From an uncultured Parachlamydiaceae bacterium (GTDB lineage: Bacteria; Chlamydiota; Chlamydiia; Chlamydiales; Parachlamydiaceae), in assembly GCA_963742415.1 (NCBI GenBank), contig CAVULX010000003.1, positions 480,001 to 544,000 of the forward strand: a DNA stretch of 64,000 nucleotides, in the 5' to 3' direction. This document shows, one piece after another, positions 31,345 to 40,884 of the stretch (within the stretch, counting starts at the first letter, position 1; each line of letters opens with the position of its first letter). The notes beneath the pieces were generated by a model that ran no database searches, was not told where the DNA came from, and was given only the letters and a program-made list of their open reading frames with translations. The position numbers were made by a program, and so were the translations under genes.

Positions 31345-32037
31345 CTATCTACTTTCTGCAGGGACTACCTTTGGCGCCGCGGAGTTTTTGATAAAGGAAT
31401 TGCTCTGGATCACTCCCCCAACATTGATGCAGGGATAGCAAAACACGTTTTTCCCAAGGATGGTTCCTGGATTTGTCACAGAATTGCATCCTATTTGGGT
31501 ATGATCCCCTAAAATCGCTCCCAATTTACGAAGGTTTGTGTTTATTGTTTTCCCTTCATGATGAATGACAATAGCTGATTGATCGAATTTTAGATTGGCG
31601 CATTTCGCTCCCGCCCCTAAATTAACATGATTGCCCAAGATCGAATCCCCCACATAAGCAAAGTGAGATGCATGTGCATGATCTAAAAAAATTGCATTTT
31701 TGACTTCTGTGTCATGCCCCACGACGCAATGGTCTCCGCATAGAAGATTACCCCGAATATAAGCGCCGTGCCTCACCACACAGTTTTTTCCTATTATGCA
31801 AGGGCCTTTAATGTAGCATCCCGGCTCAATGACTGTTCCAGAGCCTATTGATATCTGTTCAGGGTTGATAACAAAAGCTCCGGCAGGAATCGATGTTTCT
31901 ATGCTGCCCAAAGTTTGAGATAAAAGGTATTGTGAAATTTTCGCTAAAACTTCCCAGACGGCAGAAATGTGATCGAATATCCGGGCGTGTTTATAGGAAG
32001 ATAAGTCAAAAAATTCTTCGGGCGTCAATTTGGACAT
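31345..32037 (-). CDS. glmU: GlmU-like left-handed beta-helix acetyltransferase (short chlamydial type)
   Basis: hexapeptide repeats; RHGAYIRG, EVKNAIF, HFAYVGDSILG, NLGAG. Confidence 0.75.
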   Translation of the reverse strand: MSKLTPEEFFDLSSYKHARIFDHISAVWEVLAKISQYLLSQTLGSIETSIPAGAFVINPEQISIGSGTVIEPGCYIKGPCIIGKNCVVRHGAYIRGNLLCGDHCVVGHDTEVKNAIFLDHAHASHFAYVGDSILGNHVNLGAGAKCANLKFDQSAIVIHHEGKTINTNLRKLGAILGDHTQIGCNSVTNPGTILGKNVFCYPCINVGGVIQSNSFIKNSAAPKVVPAESR

Positions 32038-32039
32038 AG

Positions 32040-32570
32040 TGAAGTCCTTTTCTTCGCATTACTTTAAGCGGGGTTGGGTTTTTTTTCAACAAAACTCCAA
32101 GAAGAATAAAGTATATATATATTTTATCCTCTTCTTCTGGAGCTGTGGATTTGTCGATAGTTTCCCCATTTTCCTCAGGTTTTATCAAAAATGTTCGTTT
32201 AAAAGCGGAGTTCATAAGCCTGGGTTTATAAACAGAAGAGATGTTTAGGGGGTTTTCTTTCGGATTTGTAAACAAAAAAAGAGGGGTTTTTGTGAACTTA
32301 TCAACGTTGCTGATGAATGGAAATATAAAACGCAAAGAGTTTTTTTTACACAGAGACTATAAAGAAGACTCTCTTAATATTGATTTCCTCTTCATCTTCA
32401 GTTTGTGTGGAAATGTTTATAAGACCCCCATTTTCTCTCGAGCTCTCTTTGTTGACAAGCTGTTTAAAGTTGAGTGATAACCCAGGAGTTATGAAAACAA
32501 GGGCCCTTTATACACAGTTATGCGACGGTAATTTACAATGAATTCAACAAGAATAGACAATAGAATTAAT
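32040..32570. other. candidate chromosomal replication origin (oriC)
   Basis: TTWTNCACA matches at 32344-32352 and 32508-32516; 1-mismatch boxes at 32226, 32406 and 32414; AT tract ~32105-32126; no credible gene. Confidence 0.7.
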
Positions 32571-32631
32571 TTTGGAGTGCGGCGGCTTGAAGATGCCTGT
32601 CAAAGCGGCATCAAGCCGCCGCGTTCCAAAA
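32570..32631. repeat. REP-like palindrome overlapping the 3' end of the FAD-binding gene
   Basis: ttttggagtgcggcggcttga ... tcaagccgccgcgttccaaaa. Confidence 0.85.
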
Positions 32632-34054
32632 TTTGGTTGGTACAGATAATATTTGCGATGGAGGATGCTTGTTCTCGGATTTCAGGAACTGAGGTGGTTT
32701 CAAACTTTTCACCAAAGAGCAATGAACCTAATGCAAAAAGCTGCCCTTGATTTGAGCTAGCTAGGATCTCATTGCGATCTAATTTCAATCCCAGTCCAAG
32801 GTCATCGGGGAAAATGAGCCCTTTCGATAGGATCGATTGAAAAAAGGGGTCTTGCCGTTTGGAAAGATCGTATTCGGGGCCGGAGCAATTAAGAATATAA
32901 TCGGCTGAAATAATTTTTTGTCGTTGTTCAGGATTTTTTGATTCTTTGAAGGAAACCTGAACACAGAATTTTTTATCGGGGCTTTCCTCAATATTCTGAA
33001 TAATTCCTTGAGCTATCTTCAATTGATTTTTCAATATCATCTCATTGATGACCCCTACACTTTCGGGAGACATCCTGTGGCGGTGTTGATTCCACAGAGA
33101 GAACAGATGCCTTAAGAATTGTTTTTTTGAAGTGAGATTCAAATTTGTCCACAGCTTGGAGGCCTGAGGGCGGTAGGCATCGATAATTTGCCTCCAGTCG
33201 CAGCCGGAAAGCTGAAAACGGTCTAGATCTTCTTTAAATTGTTTGTAAAGGGAAAGGCAGCTGCTTGGGAGGCTCTCAATGAGACTTTTTTTTGCTAACG
33301 GTTTTTGTTCTTCCATATGGCTTTGAGGAAAGCGGCCGCTTTTTGAAACCACGAGAATATTTCCCTGAAATCCGGTCGATTTTAATGACAATAGGGCATC
33401 TACCGCTGTTAAGCCGGACCCGATGATCAATACGGTTTTATTTTTGAATGGGAGATTTTGAGAAGATAAATTCCAAATGTTGCGAATATAATGGGGATTA
33501 GCCAAAAGGGAGGGGGATTCAAAAGGAAATTTTTTCATGGATGGAACTCCGGTCGCCAAAACGATCTGGCTGCCTGTGACCGATTTTCCCCTTTTTAATA
33601 CAACAGCTAGCCCACTTTCAGAGGATGGATCAATATCAATAACTTCGTCTTCGTAGAGAGTGAGAGCAACATTTTTTTGTTTCCCCTTTTCGATAGCTTG
33701 GGACAATAAAGAATCGAGATATAGGGCATAAAGCTTTCTTGGATAAAATTGAGAAGGGGACAAAGGGATCGATTCGAAGAAAGGACAAAAGTTCCGCCAT
33801 GTTTTTTCATTGTCGGTCAACCAGTGGTAAAAATGGTCGGGCTTGTGTGCAAAAGCTCCCATTTGGTTCGCGCGGACATTTAAGGGATGCCATTCAGATG
33901 AAGTTCCAAAGGCAATCCCATGTCCAACGCCAGGCGATTTTTCTATGAGGGAAATTTGCAAAGGGGACGTTGTTTTATCCAAGAGGTGGATAAGAACGGC
34001 AAGGCCGGAAAATCCACCTCCGATGATCAGAACATGTTTTTTTTGGTTTTCCAT
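32600..34054 (-). CDS. FAD/NAD(P)-binding oxidoreductase (YdhS-like)
   Basis: IIGGGFSG, LNVRANQM, VLATG, IGSGLTAVD, HRHRM, ETTSVPEIREQA. Confidence 0.85.
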   Translation of the reverse strand: MENQKKHVLIIGGGFSGLAVLIHLLDKTTSPLQISLIEKSPGVGHGIAFGTSSEWHPLNVRANQMGAFAHKPDHFYHWLTDNEKTWRNFCPFFESIPLSPSQFYPRKLYALYLDSLLSQAIEKGKQKNVALTLYEDEVIDIDPSSESGLAVVLKRGKSVTGSQIVLATGVPSMKKFPFESPSLLANPHYIRNIWNLSSQNLPFKNKTVLIIGSGLTAVDALLSLKSTGFQGNILVVSKSGRFPQSHMEEQKPLAKKSLIESLPSSCLSLYKQFKEDLDRFQLSGCDWRQIIDAYRPQASKLWTNLNLTSKKQFLRHLFSLWNQHRHRMSPESVGVINEMILKNQLKIAQGIIQNIEESPDKKFCVQVSFKESKNPEQRQKIISADYILNCSGPEYDLSKRQDPFFQSILSKGLIFPDDLGLGLKLDRNEILASSNQGQLFALGSLLFGEKFETTSVPEIREQASSIANIICTNQILERGGLMPL

Positions 34055-34100
34055 TTTTCAAACCGACAAAGCTGAGGATAACAGTAAAAAAAAGTTATCT

Positions 34101-35486
34101 CTAGGCTTGTTCGTATTTTGCATGTTCAATCCCCTCTTGTCTAGGGGTTGTTTCTATAAACTCAGGTTGCTGGACCTTCTCTTCAAAGACGATTTCGCGG
34201 CGGAGTTTAAAGATTCCCGTGAGGTTGGTAATCAAAAGCAAAGCACCGGAAATGGACATCACCAATAAGGCTTGTGTTTGATCTACAAAAGAGAATAAAA
34301 ACCAAGCGAGGATACTATATCCAATGTAGATTGGAAATCCGTATCTAGGAGAAATAAACCGGGCACACTTAATTCCTACGCAGAAATAAGCGATTATGGT
34401 TGTATACCCTACAATCAAAAAGAATGTAGGCATGAAAATGTGCATATACGGAAAATAACGACTTAAAGAAGTTTGCACCAATTTGGAACCTTCTATCGGT
34501 TCAATAGAGGCCCATACGCCTGAAATGAGGACAATCAAGATGCTCATCGTGCAAATGAGATTATCGATGCAAACCCCAAGAACAGCCAAACGGGCTTGAC
34601 GTTCAGGAAAAACTGTGTTGGATTCGCTTTGGATGATCGAGTCATATCCAATTCCTATATCCGCCGAATAAGCGGCCCTTGCAACCCCATGTTGAATAGC
34701 TAGTAAGGCGCTGCTGCCTGCAAAGCCTCCTACAGCCGCATGTCCGGTAAAAGCTGAGGTCATCACGACTTTTAGTATCCCCGGGATAACAGAGATCTCC
34801 TGGAGGATAATCCAAAGGCCCATCCCCAAATATAGGATGACAAAAAAGGGCATCAAGCAGGAACAGATTTTTCCAAGGCGAGGGATTCCCCCGATCCCCG
34901 CGTATAAAACCAGCGAGAGCAAAGCAAAAATCACAAAATATCTATTCAAGTTAAAGTTTGAAGAGACGGTATCAGTGACGACGACAAATTGATAGATCTC
35001 AACGCCATATACGCACAGGAGAAGGGCAATACAGACGGGGATCCACCGGTTGTTAAAAGCCTTTTGTAAAAAGTACATGGGACCTCCGTCATACCCTCCA
35101 TGGTTGTTAGCCACCCGATGTTTGAGGCCAAGATAGATTTCTGAGTATTTGATGATGGTTCCGATCAGGGCGGCAATCCATACCCAGACAAGAGCTCCAG
35201 GACCCCCTATTTGTATGGCAGTCACAATGCCGACCACATTTCCTATGCCAATCATACCCCCTACTGAAGCAAAAAAGGCCTTAAGGGGATGGATTCCACG
35301 GGCATCTTGGGAAGATTTAACAAGACATTGGGAAAAAGTTTTAAGGATGGAAGGAAAAGCTCGAATTTGGAAAAAACGTGCTTGAAACGTAAGCCAACAG
35401 CCTAAGCACATGATAAGGACGAAGGCGATATAGCTCCAAAAAAAGGTATCCAGATGGGTCAAAATTTCAAAAAAATGATCTAACAT
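34101..35486 (-). CDS. alanine/glycine:cation symporter family amino-acid carrier
   Basis: GGMIGIGNVVG, GGPGALVWVW, GGPMYFL, GVARAAYS. Confidence 0.92.
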   Translation of the reverse strand: MLDHFFEILTHLDTFFWSYIAFVLIMCLGCWLTFQARFFQIRAFPSILKTFSQCLVKSSQDARGIHPLKAFFASVGGMIGIGNVVGIVTAIQIGGPGALVWVWIAALIGTIIKYSEIYLGLKHRVANNHGGYDGGPMYFLQKAFNNRWIPVCIALLLCVYGVEIYQFVVVTDTVSSNFNLNRYFVIFALLSLVLYAGIGGIPRLGKICSCLMPFFVILYLGMGLWIILQEISVIPGILKVVMTSAFTGHAAVGGFAGSSALLAIQHGVARAAYSADIGIGYDSIIQSESNTVFPERQARLAVLGVCIDNLICTMSILIVLISGVWASIEPIEGSKLVQTSLSRYFPYMHIFMPTFFLIVGYTTIIAYFCVGIKCARFISPRYGFPIYIGYSILAWFLFSFVDQTQALLVMSISGALLLITNLTGIFKLRREIVFEEKVQQPEFIETTPRQEGIEHAKYEQA

Positions 35487-35497
35487 TTTATCTCCTA

Positions 35498-36679
35498 TTA
35501 ATAACGATTATTTAATAAACGGTTTCTTACTTCTAAAATATGTTCACGATATGCATAGGAAGAAAAACGGATAAATCCCTCTCCCAAAGGTCCAAAGCCC
35601 GCACCAGGGGTCGTGACAACATGGTATTTTTCTAATAAGTGTTGGAAGGCATCCCACGATTTATGCCCTTTGAAACGCACCCATAAGTAAGGAGCATCGG
35701 TTCCGCCAAAGACTTCATAACCAAGGGATTCCAAAGTGGATTTTAGAAGAGATGCGTTTTCGAGATAAAAGGCGATGAGTGAAGAAACACCGTTCATCCC
35801 GGCTTCTTCTAAAACAGCGCACCCCCCAGCTTGGGCTATGTTTGAGGCGCCATTGAAGATCGTAGAGGTCAGCCTTTTCCAATCAGGTTTGACAAAAGTG
35901 CCGTCTTCATAACGGAGCTCTTCAGGCACGACAGTCCAGCCAAGGCGCACCCCTGTAAAACCAGCGATTTTGGAAAAGGAACCTATTTCGATAGCGACGT
36001 TTCGGGCTCCTTCTATCTCAAATATCGATTTTGGAAATGAGGGGTCCCGAATATAGGCGGCATAAGCTGAATCGAAAAGGATGATGGAGCGGTTAGCTTG
36101 AGCAAAGGCGACTAAATTCTCTAATTGTTGCCGGGAGGCTACCGTCCCTGTAGGGTTATTTGGGGAACAAAAATAAATAAGGTCTGTCCTTTTAAGTCGA
36201 TTCAGATCGGGAAAAAAGTGGTTTTCTGGGCTGCAACCCATATATGTGATCTGATCGACCCCATGGATGACGCTTCCATCGATATAGACAGGATAAGCGG
36301 GATCTTGGACGGCAATGGAAGCGTGGGGGCCGAAGAGGGCTTGGAGGCGCCCTAAATCACATTTTGCGCCATCGGAAATGAAAATTTCATCGCTATGAAC
36401 TAAGTTTTGATAGACTTTGGAGGCAATTTTTTCTCGCAACTCCTGTAAGCCTTGTTCAGGGCCGTAACCGGTGTATCCTTCGGCTGTCCCTAAATTGGAG
36501 GCAGCTTGTTTTAACAGATGTGTAATCGGTTCCGGAATAGGCTGCGTTGTGTCGCCGATCCCTAAGTTGATGATTTTGGCTTCAGGATTTTGTTTAAGGA
36601 ACTGTTTTTTGCGCAGGCTAATTTCAGGGAAAAGATAATTAGTATGCAATTTTGTCATATTTTTGTTTCGTTGGACCAT
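35498..36679 (-). CDS. dapL: LL-diaminopimelate aminotransferase
   Basis: YLFPEI, LGIGDTT, GYGPEQG, SDGAKCD, CSPNNPTG, SFSKIAGFTGVRLGW. Confidence 0.96.
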   Translation of the reverse strand: MVQRNKNMTKLHTNYLFPEISLRKKQFLKQNPEAKIINLGIGDTTQPIPEPITHLLKQAASNLGTAEGYTGYGPEQGLQELREKIASKVYQNLVHSDEIFISDGAKCDLGRLQALFGPHASIAVQDPAYPVYIDGSVIHGVDQITYMGCSPENHFFPDLNRLKRTDLIYFCSPNNPTGTVASRQQLENLVAFAQANRSIILFDSAYAAYIRDPSFPKSIFEIEGARNVAIEIGSFSKIAGFTGVRLGWTVVPEELRYEDGTFVKPDWKRLTSTIFNGASNIAQAGGCAVLEEAGMNGVSSLIAFYLENASLLKSTLESLGYEVFGGTDAPYLWVRFKGHKSWDAFQHLLEKYHVVTTPGAGFGPLGEGFIRFSSYAYREHILEVRNRLLNNRY

Positions 36680-36824
36680 AGTTGAACCTTTTTGCCTTTG
36701 GCTTTATGCTATTTAAGTTGTAAATAATAAAAATAATCTTAGAAAAATTCCTCTTAAAACAGCAGAAAAGTGACTTTAAAAAGTGCAGTTTAAGAAAAAG
36801 TTGGATTCTAAGAAATGGATAGGG

Positions 36825-36986
36825 TTACTTTCGTTTAGACTTAACGAAAGATTTAGATTTGCGTTTCAAACACGCAAGGGGGGAAAGAGAAGAGATAAAA
36901 GATGCGTTGGACAATGTTAGCTCGATGCTAGATTGTGCGGGATTGTCGAGCTGTTCGCCGAACATCCCTTCTTGATGATGGTACAT
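36825..36986 (-). CDS. 53-aa ORF absent from the track, or structured RNA, upstream of dapL
   Basis: RBS AAGGAG; MYHHQEGMFGEQLDNPAQSSIELTLSNASFISSLSPLACLKRKSKSFVKSKRK*; coincides with several stems. Confidence 0.4.
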   Translation of the reverse strand: MYHHQEGMFGEQLDNPAQSSIELTLSNASFISSLSPLACLKRKSKSFVKSKRK

Positions 36987-37092
36987 ACAAAACTCCTTAA
37001 GCAACTACACCGCGTAGTTATATTCTTAAATAAAACAATAGGTTGAATTTATTCAATAATTAATTTTTTGTCAAATTAAATAAGATTATAAG

Positions 37093-37230
37093 ATGTAAGT
37101 TGAAAATTACTGAGTATAATCAAGTTTAAAAAAACTCTGTGAGCTCTGTGAGCTCTGTGGTTTATTAAAATTCAACCACAGAGCTCACAGAGATCACAGA
37201 GGGACAATAAATTTAATTATTTGCAACTTA
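37093..37230 (+). repeat. repeat family B (MITE-like), left copy
   Basis: termini taagttg...caactta; internal ctctgtgag/cacagag 9-mer inverted arrays; nearly identical to 40885-41011. Confidence 0.93.
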
Positions 37231-37301
37231 CGTTATAAATTAGGAAGATATCAAGGATATCAATTTCTCAAGAACCGATGCAATTTAAGTTCTTGAATTT
37301 T

Positions 37302-37680
37302 TCATTTAGAGAAGGAGAAATTAAGGGCAAATTCCCTCTTTTTGTAAAGTGACGGATGCATAATTGCAATAACGAAGAGCCATTGTGTTTCATCTGGAAT
37401 TTTGCCTGAATATTGAGCATGGATTTCATCTTTGCATTTCGGATTTAAGTTGCCTTTATAGCCTGTTTCGCTAAACCCCCTTAAAATCCCCTTCATGACC
37501 CTTAGTTGGATGTCGGTTAGGTCGATTCCAAAACGGTTGATGGTGTTGGTGAGTTCAATTTGAAATTCCTGAGCAAAATGCTTGTCATGCTCTAAAGAGT
37601 GAAACTTGACTTTTATTACCAAGTAAATTTTTTAACGAGTGAAGCGAAATTTTTGTTGATTGGCTAGGATTGTCTTTCAT
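37302..37680 (-). pseudogene. frameshifted, truncated gene remnant of unknown family
   Basis: ATG at 37680 with RBS reads MKDNPSQSTKISLHSLKNLLGNKSQVSLF and then stops; a protein-like frame continues as EHDKHFAQEFQIEL...RFGIDLTDIQLRVMKGILRGF. Confidence 0.5.
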
Positions 37681-37807
37681 ATTACCCTTTTATTCCGAAT
37701 CAATTTTTTCAGGTAACTATTGCCGTCGACTAGTATAGATCTAAAGCGCCTCTGAAACTAATGTCCAATATTGTTTGGGTATAATGATTTAATTTGCGAA
37801 TTTTCGC

Positions 37808-38992
37808 TTACGATAATTTCACATGATATCCCTGCCGAACTGCCATTAAAGCAAGATCTGTGATTCCTTTCAGACGATAGTCATTATTCATCCATGATAC
37901 TTTATCCGAAAATGTCCATTCCAAAGATTCATGAGAAGATGCAATAGTAATGCATATTTCCGCAGGTGGTAAAGTCTTCTTAGAATCTTCTTCCATCTCT
38001 TCAGCGATAGTATTGGAATCTGAATCCTCCTCTCTAATTTTTTTAAGCTGACTTAAAATTATGGGAATATCGCTAGATCCTACAGGAAAATTATCATTTT
38101 TTTTTATCATTTCACGAAATTTCTCGGCATGTTCTGTGATATTATTTTCTAGAAAAGAGGCAAACACTTTCAAATTAGGAGACTGCGCAGGATCAAGGGA
38201 AGTTGTTTGTGATATACGCCTTTTATTTATTGTATCTAAGATTTTATTGGATAAAGTATTTGAGACTTCAGCCGGTGGTATTTTTTGTATTGTTCTTTTC
38301 AAACCCTCGGTGTTTACTTCTCTTTCAACAAGACTCTGAGAAAATTCAAATGTAGAAATAATAGAAGAAATGTAAATTATTATTTTTATTTTGGATTTTC
38401 TTCCACAACAATCACATGTAATTTCTTCCGCTTTTTGATCAATATATAAACGATCCCGACGAAGCTCTGCAAGATCATCCAGAACTTTTTCTTCAATGTC
38501 ACGAGGTGCTTCCTCCCATCTTATTCCAAATTCATTTTTTCCAATAGGTCTTCGAAGGGCAGCAGTCGGATACCACAAATGAGTTTCATAATCCAAACGA
38601 TCAGGTTTACGGATAATTCTATTTTTAACACACTCGGCAACTGTTTCACATACCTTCCAACGAATATCCTGCTTAAAATATAATGGGAATCTAACTGCAA
38701 AGCGCCCCCAAAGAATGCTCATATTAGGATAGTTTTCTTCCATACAAGAACAGTATTTTGTTAGATATCCAGAATATTCATTCAGTTTTTTCCAAATTCT
38801 TGTTGTTATCATTTGAATTTTTTCCAAATCAAAATTGTCGATCGATCTAGCATCATAGAAAGCTCTTTCAAATTCGCGTATGACTGTAAGAGGGTGACCG
38901 TTTGGCAGAAAACTCAAAATGTGATCGAAAACCTCTATAGGCAATGCAAACAAATTATTTCTTAGTGTCTCATTTGAAAGATTATTAATCAT
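37808..38992 (-). CDS. F-box-like protein (candidate effector)
   Basis: N-terminal LFALPIEVFDHILSFLP F-box pattern; low GC; AT-rich upstream region. Confidence 0.65.
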   Translation of the reverse strand: MINNLSNETLRNNLFALPIEVFDHILSFLPNGHPLTVIREFERAFYDARSIDNFDLEKIQMITTRIWKKLNEYSGYLTKYCSCMEENYPNMSILWGRFAVRFPLYFKQDIRWKVCETVAECVKNRIIRKPDRLDYETHLWYPTAALRRPIGKNEFGIRWEEAPRDIEEKVLDDLAELRRDRLYIDQKAEEITCDCCGRKSKIKIIIYISSIISTFEFSQSLVEREVNTEGLKRTIQKIPPAEVSNTLSNKILDTINKRRISQTTSLDPAQSPNLKVFASFLENNITEHAEKFREMIKKNDNFPVGSSDIPIILSQLKKIREEDSDSNTIAEEMEEDSKKTLPPAEICITIASSHESLEWTFSDKVSWMNNDYRLKGITDLALMAVRQGYHVKLS

Positions 38993-39290
38993 ATAAATTC
39001 ATGTTGTTATATTGATGATATTAATAAAACATCATTTATTGTAAAAAAATAAAAATAAATGCACACAAAAACTTAAGCAATTCACAGAAATTGTAATTGT
39101 TCAATAGTTTCATTTTGCATTGAATCAGTTGTACGCCTTGTGTGGATCAAAAATAATAATTATAATTAGATATTTATTAATTAGCATCTAAAATGTTTAA
39201 TGTTATAATGGCAATTTAGTTATGCTAAGTTTAGGGAGAATTAAAGACAAAAAGGACAAACCTCTGATTTTATGAAGTTATATATTACAT

Positions 39291-39318
39291 TTGCTTATAT
39301 ACGACAATGTCGTAGTCT
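39291..39318 (+). promoter_or_regulatory. candidate toxin-antitoxin promoter with palindromic operator
   Basis: TTGCTT-16 nt-TAGTCT overlapping the palindrome tacgaca-a-tgtcgta (39300-39314). Confidence 0.55.
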
Positions 39319-39376
39319 TCAGAAGAAAAAAGGATTATACAAAGATTAGTAGAAAGAATTAATGAAGGGGTTAAAA

Positions 39377-39691
39377 ATGGGTAAAATGTTTGAAATGTTA
39401 AAAGAAGGCCTTGATGATATTCTTGAACATCAAAAAGGCAAAAAAAAGTTAAAAACTAAGATAATAGACATTCCCGAGCCGGCTATTTCTTATACGCCAA
39501 AAGATGTGAAAAGAATTCGAGAATCTTTAAATTATCCTCAAAGCATTTTTGCTCGATTTCTTAATGTCAGTATTAGAACTGTAGAATCGTGGGAATCTGG
39601 AAGAAGAAAACCAAACCATGCAGCTTTACGGTTACTTGAAATCATTGATAAAGGTTATTATCCATCAAAGAAATGTAGAAAAACAATTTAA
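39377..39691 (+). CDS. XRE/HigA-like HTH antitoxin (YiaG-like), orphan
   Basis: MFEMLKEGL, VKRIRESLNYPQSIFARFLNVSIRTVESWESGRRKP..AALRLL. Confidence 0.85.
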   Translation: MGKMFEMLKEGLDDILEHQKGKKKLKTKIIDIPEPAISYTPKDVKRIRESLNYPQSIFARFLNVSIRTVESWESGRRKPNHAALRLLEIIDKGYYPSKKCRKTI

Positions 39692-39760
39692 TTTAAATTA
39701 GTAATTTTCTACTTCAGCCCTAACTATATACACTTCTTTATTTGCTTTTTGAAGCGAGTC

Positions 39761-40249
39761 TCAATCTATTCTTGTTTCTTCTAATATTTCTTCTTTAGAC
39801 CAGGGACATCGTTTTGGAAATGTTTTTTCATCTAAGTCGGTTTCCTGGGCAGCATCTAAGCGTGCGGATTCGTAAGATTTTTTTATTATATCTGGAAGTT
39901 TAGGTTTTAGGCTGGGATTTTCCTCTAAAACCTGCTTAATTTTTAGACGACTATTTTTGATCGATAGAGCCCAAGATTTGCTCCGTTTTTCTGATTGAAA
40001 TTTTGTTTTGAGCATGTGCATTAAAAGGACTTCCATATAACTTTGCAATGTGCGTTTTTCAGACCTTCCCAAAGATTCGATCTCCTCTATCAAATTTTCA
40101 ATGTCCAATTTTGAAAACTCCTTTTTTCTTAAAAAATGTGCTTGTGTATTAACCCATTTGAAAAAGTCTTTTTCGTATTCCATTTCTTTTGTTGGGGAAA
40201 AAGATAACTTTTTAGGCTTTATTTTTACTGTATTTTTTTTTGTTTTCAT
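39761..40249 (-). CDS. DUF29-family protein
   Basis: YEKDFFKW..Q, LDIENLIEEIESLGRSEKR, LLMHMLK, SW..SI, NPSLK, FP..CPW. Confidence 0.9.
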   Translation of the reverse strand: MKTKKNTVKIKPKKLSFSPTKEMEYEKDFFKWVNTQAHFLRKKEFSKLDIENLIEEIESLGRSEKRTLQSYMEVLLMHMLKTKFQSEKRSKSWALSIKNSRLKIKQVLEENPSLKPKLPDIIKKSYESARLDAAQETDLDEKTFPKRCPWSKEEILEETRID

Positions 40250-40410
40250 ATGAATCGTCACTGTTGAATTAAGGGTCACCGTTTGGTGGTGATAATATCA
40301 CCATCAAATGGAGACTCTTTGTTTGGAACATTTTCATTTTTAGATTTTCCATTTTTCTTGTTATTCTGTCTCAAAAATAGTCTTTTCTTTTAAGAAGCAG
40401 CATTCGTATA

Positions 40411-40881
40411 TTGAAGTTAAATATCAAAAAAGTCATGGGTTATTTTTTTTTAGATATAACGGGATTTGGGGGAAGCTACCATTCTACTCTTGTCCATTTT
40501 CCAATCATGTTTTTTACATTGACGCTGGTGTGCGACCTCTTCACCTATTTTGGTAAAACCCGTTTTATGATTCTTGGAAATGGTTTGTTGTGGCTTGGAA
40601 CCCTTATGTGTATTCCTGTCGGAATAACCGGCTGGTGGGAATCGGATGGATTTTCCTTACAGAACAGCGATTTTTTTTGGCATGTATTAACGTCTATTTT
40701 CTTATTTATCTATGCTCTCTTATATTCTTGTCTTCGCATCCTCATTGCCTACAAAATGTGGCGAATCCTTCCTATTTACTTAGTGGCACTCAGCTGCGGG
40801 ATTGTTGCACTAACCTCTTGGACGAGTATGCAAGGGGATCTCCTTCGCCAGTCTAATGTTTCTAAAAGTGAAAAGAAATAA
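40411..40881 (+). CDS. DUF2231-like membrane protein
   Basis: H..LVHFPI, ITGW, His in helix 3, G.L at the end; 4 TMs. Confidence 0.75.
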   Translation: MKLNIKKVMGYFFLDITGFGGSYHSTLVHFPIMFFTLTLVCDLFTYFGKTRFMILGNGLLWLGTLMCIPVGITGWWESDGFSLQNSDFFWHVLTSIFLFIYALLYSCLRILIAYKMWRILPIYLVALSCGIVALTSWTSMQGDLLRQSNVSKSEKK

Positions 40882-40884
40882 TTA

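Noticed and set aside
32006-32477. Three short ORFs in the gap upstream of glmU
   Set aside because: Mutually overlapping, low-complexity and without motifs; the region is better explained as oriC
36860-37010. Lysine riboswitch upstream of dapL
   Set aside because: Only a loose gaaggg...ggcgaa resemblance; the AGAGGxGC start and ACTGTC/GGAGxGCT elements are missing. Kept only as an unassigned structured leader
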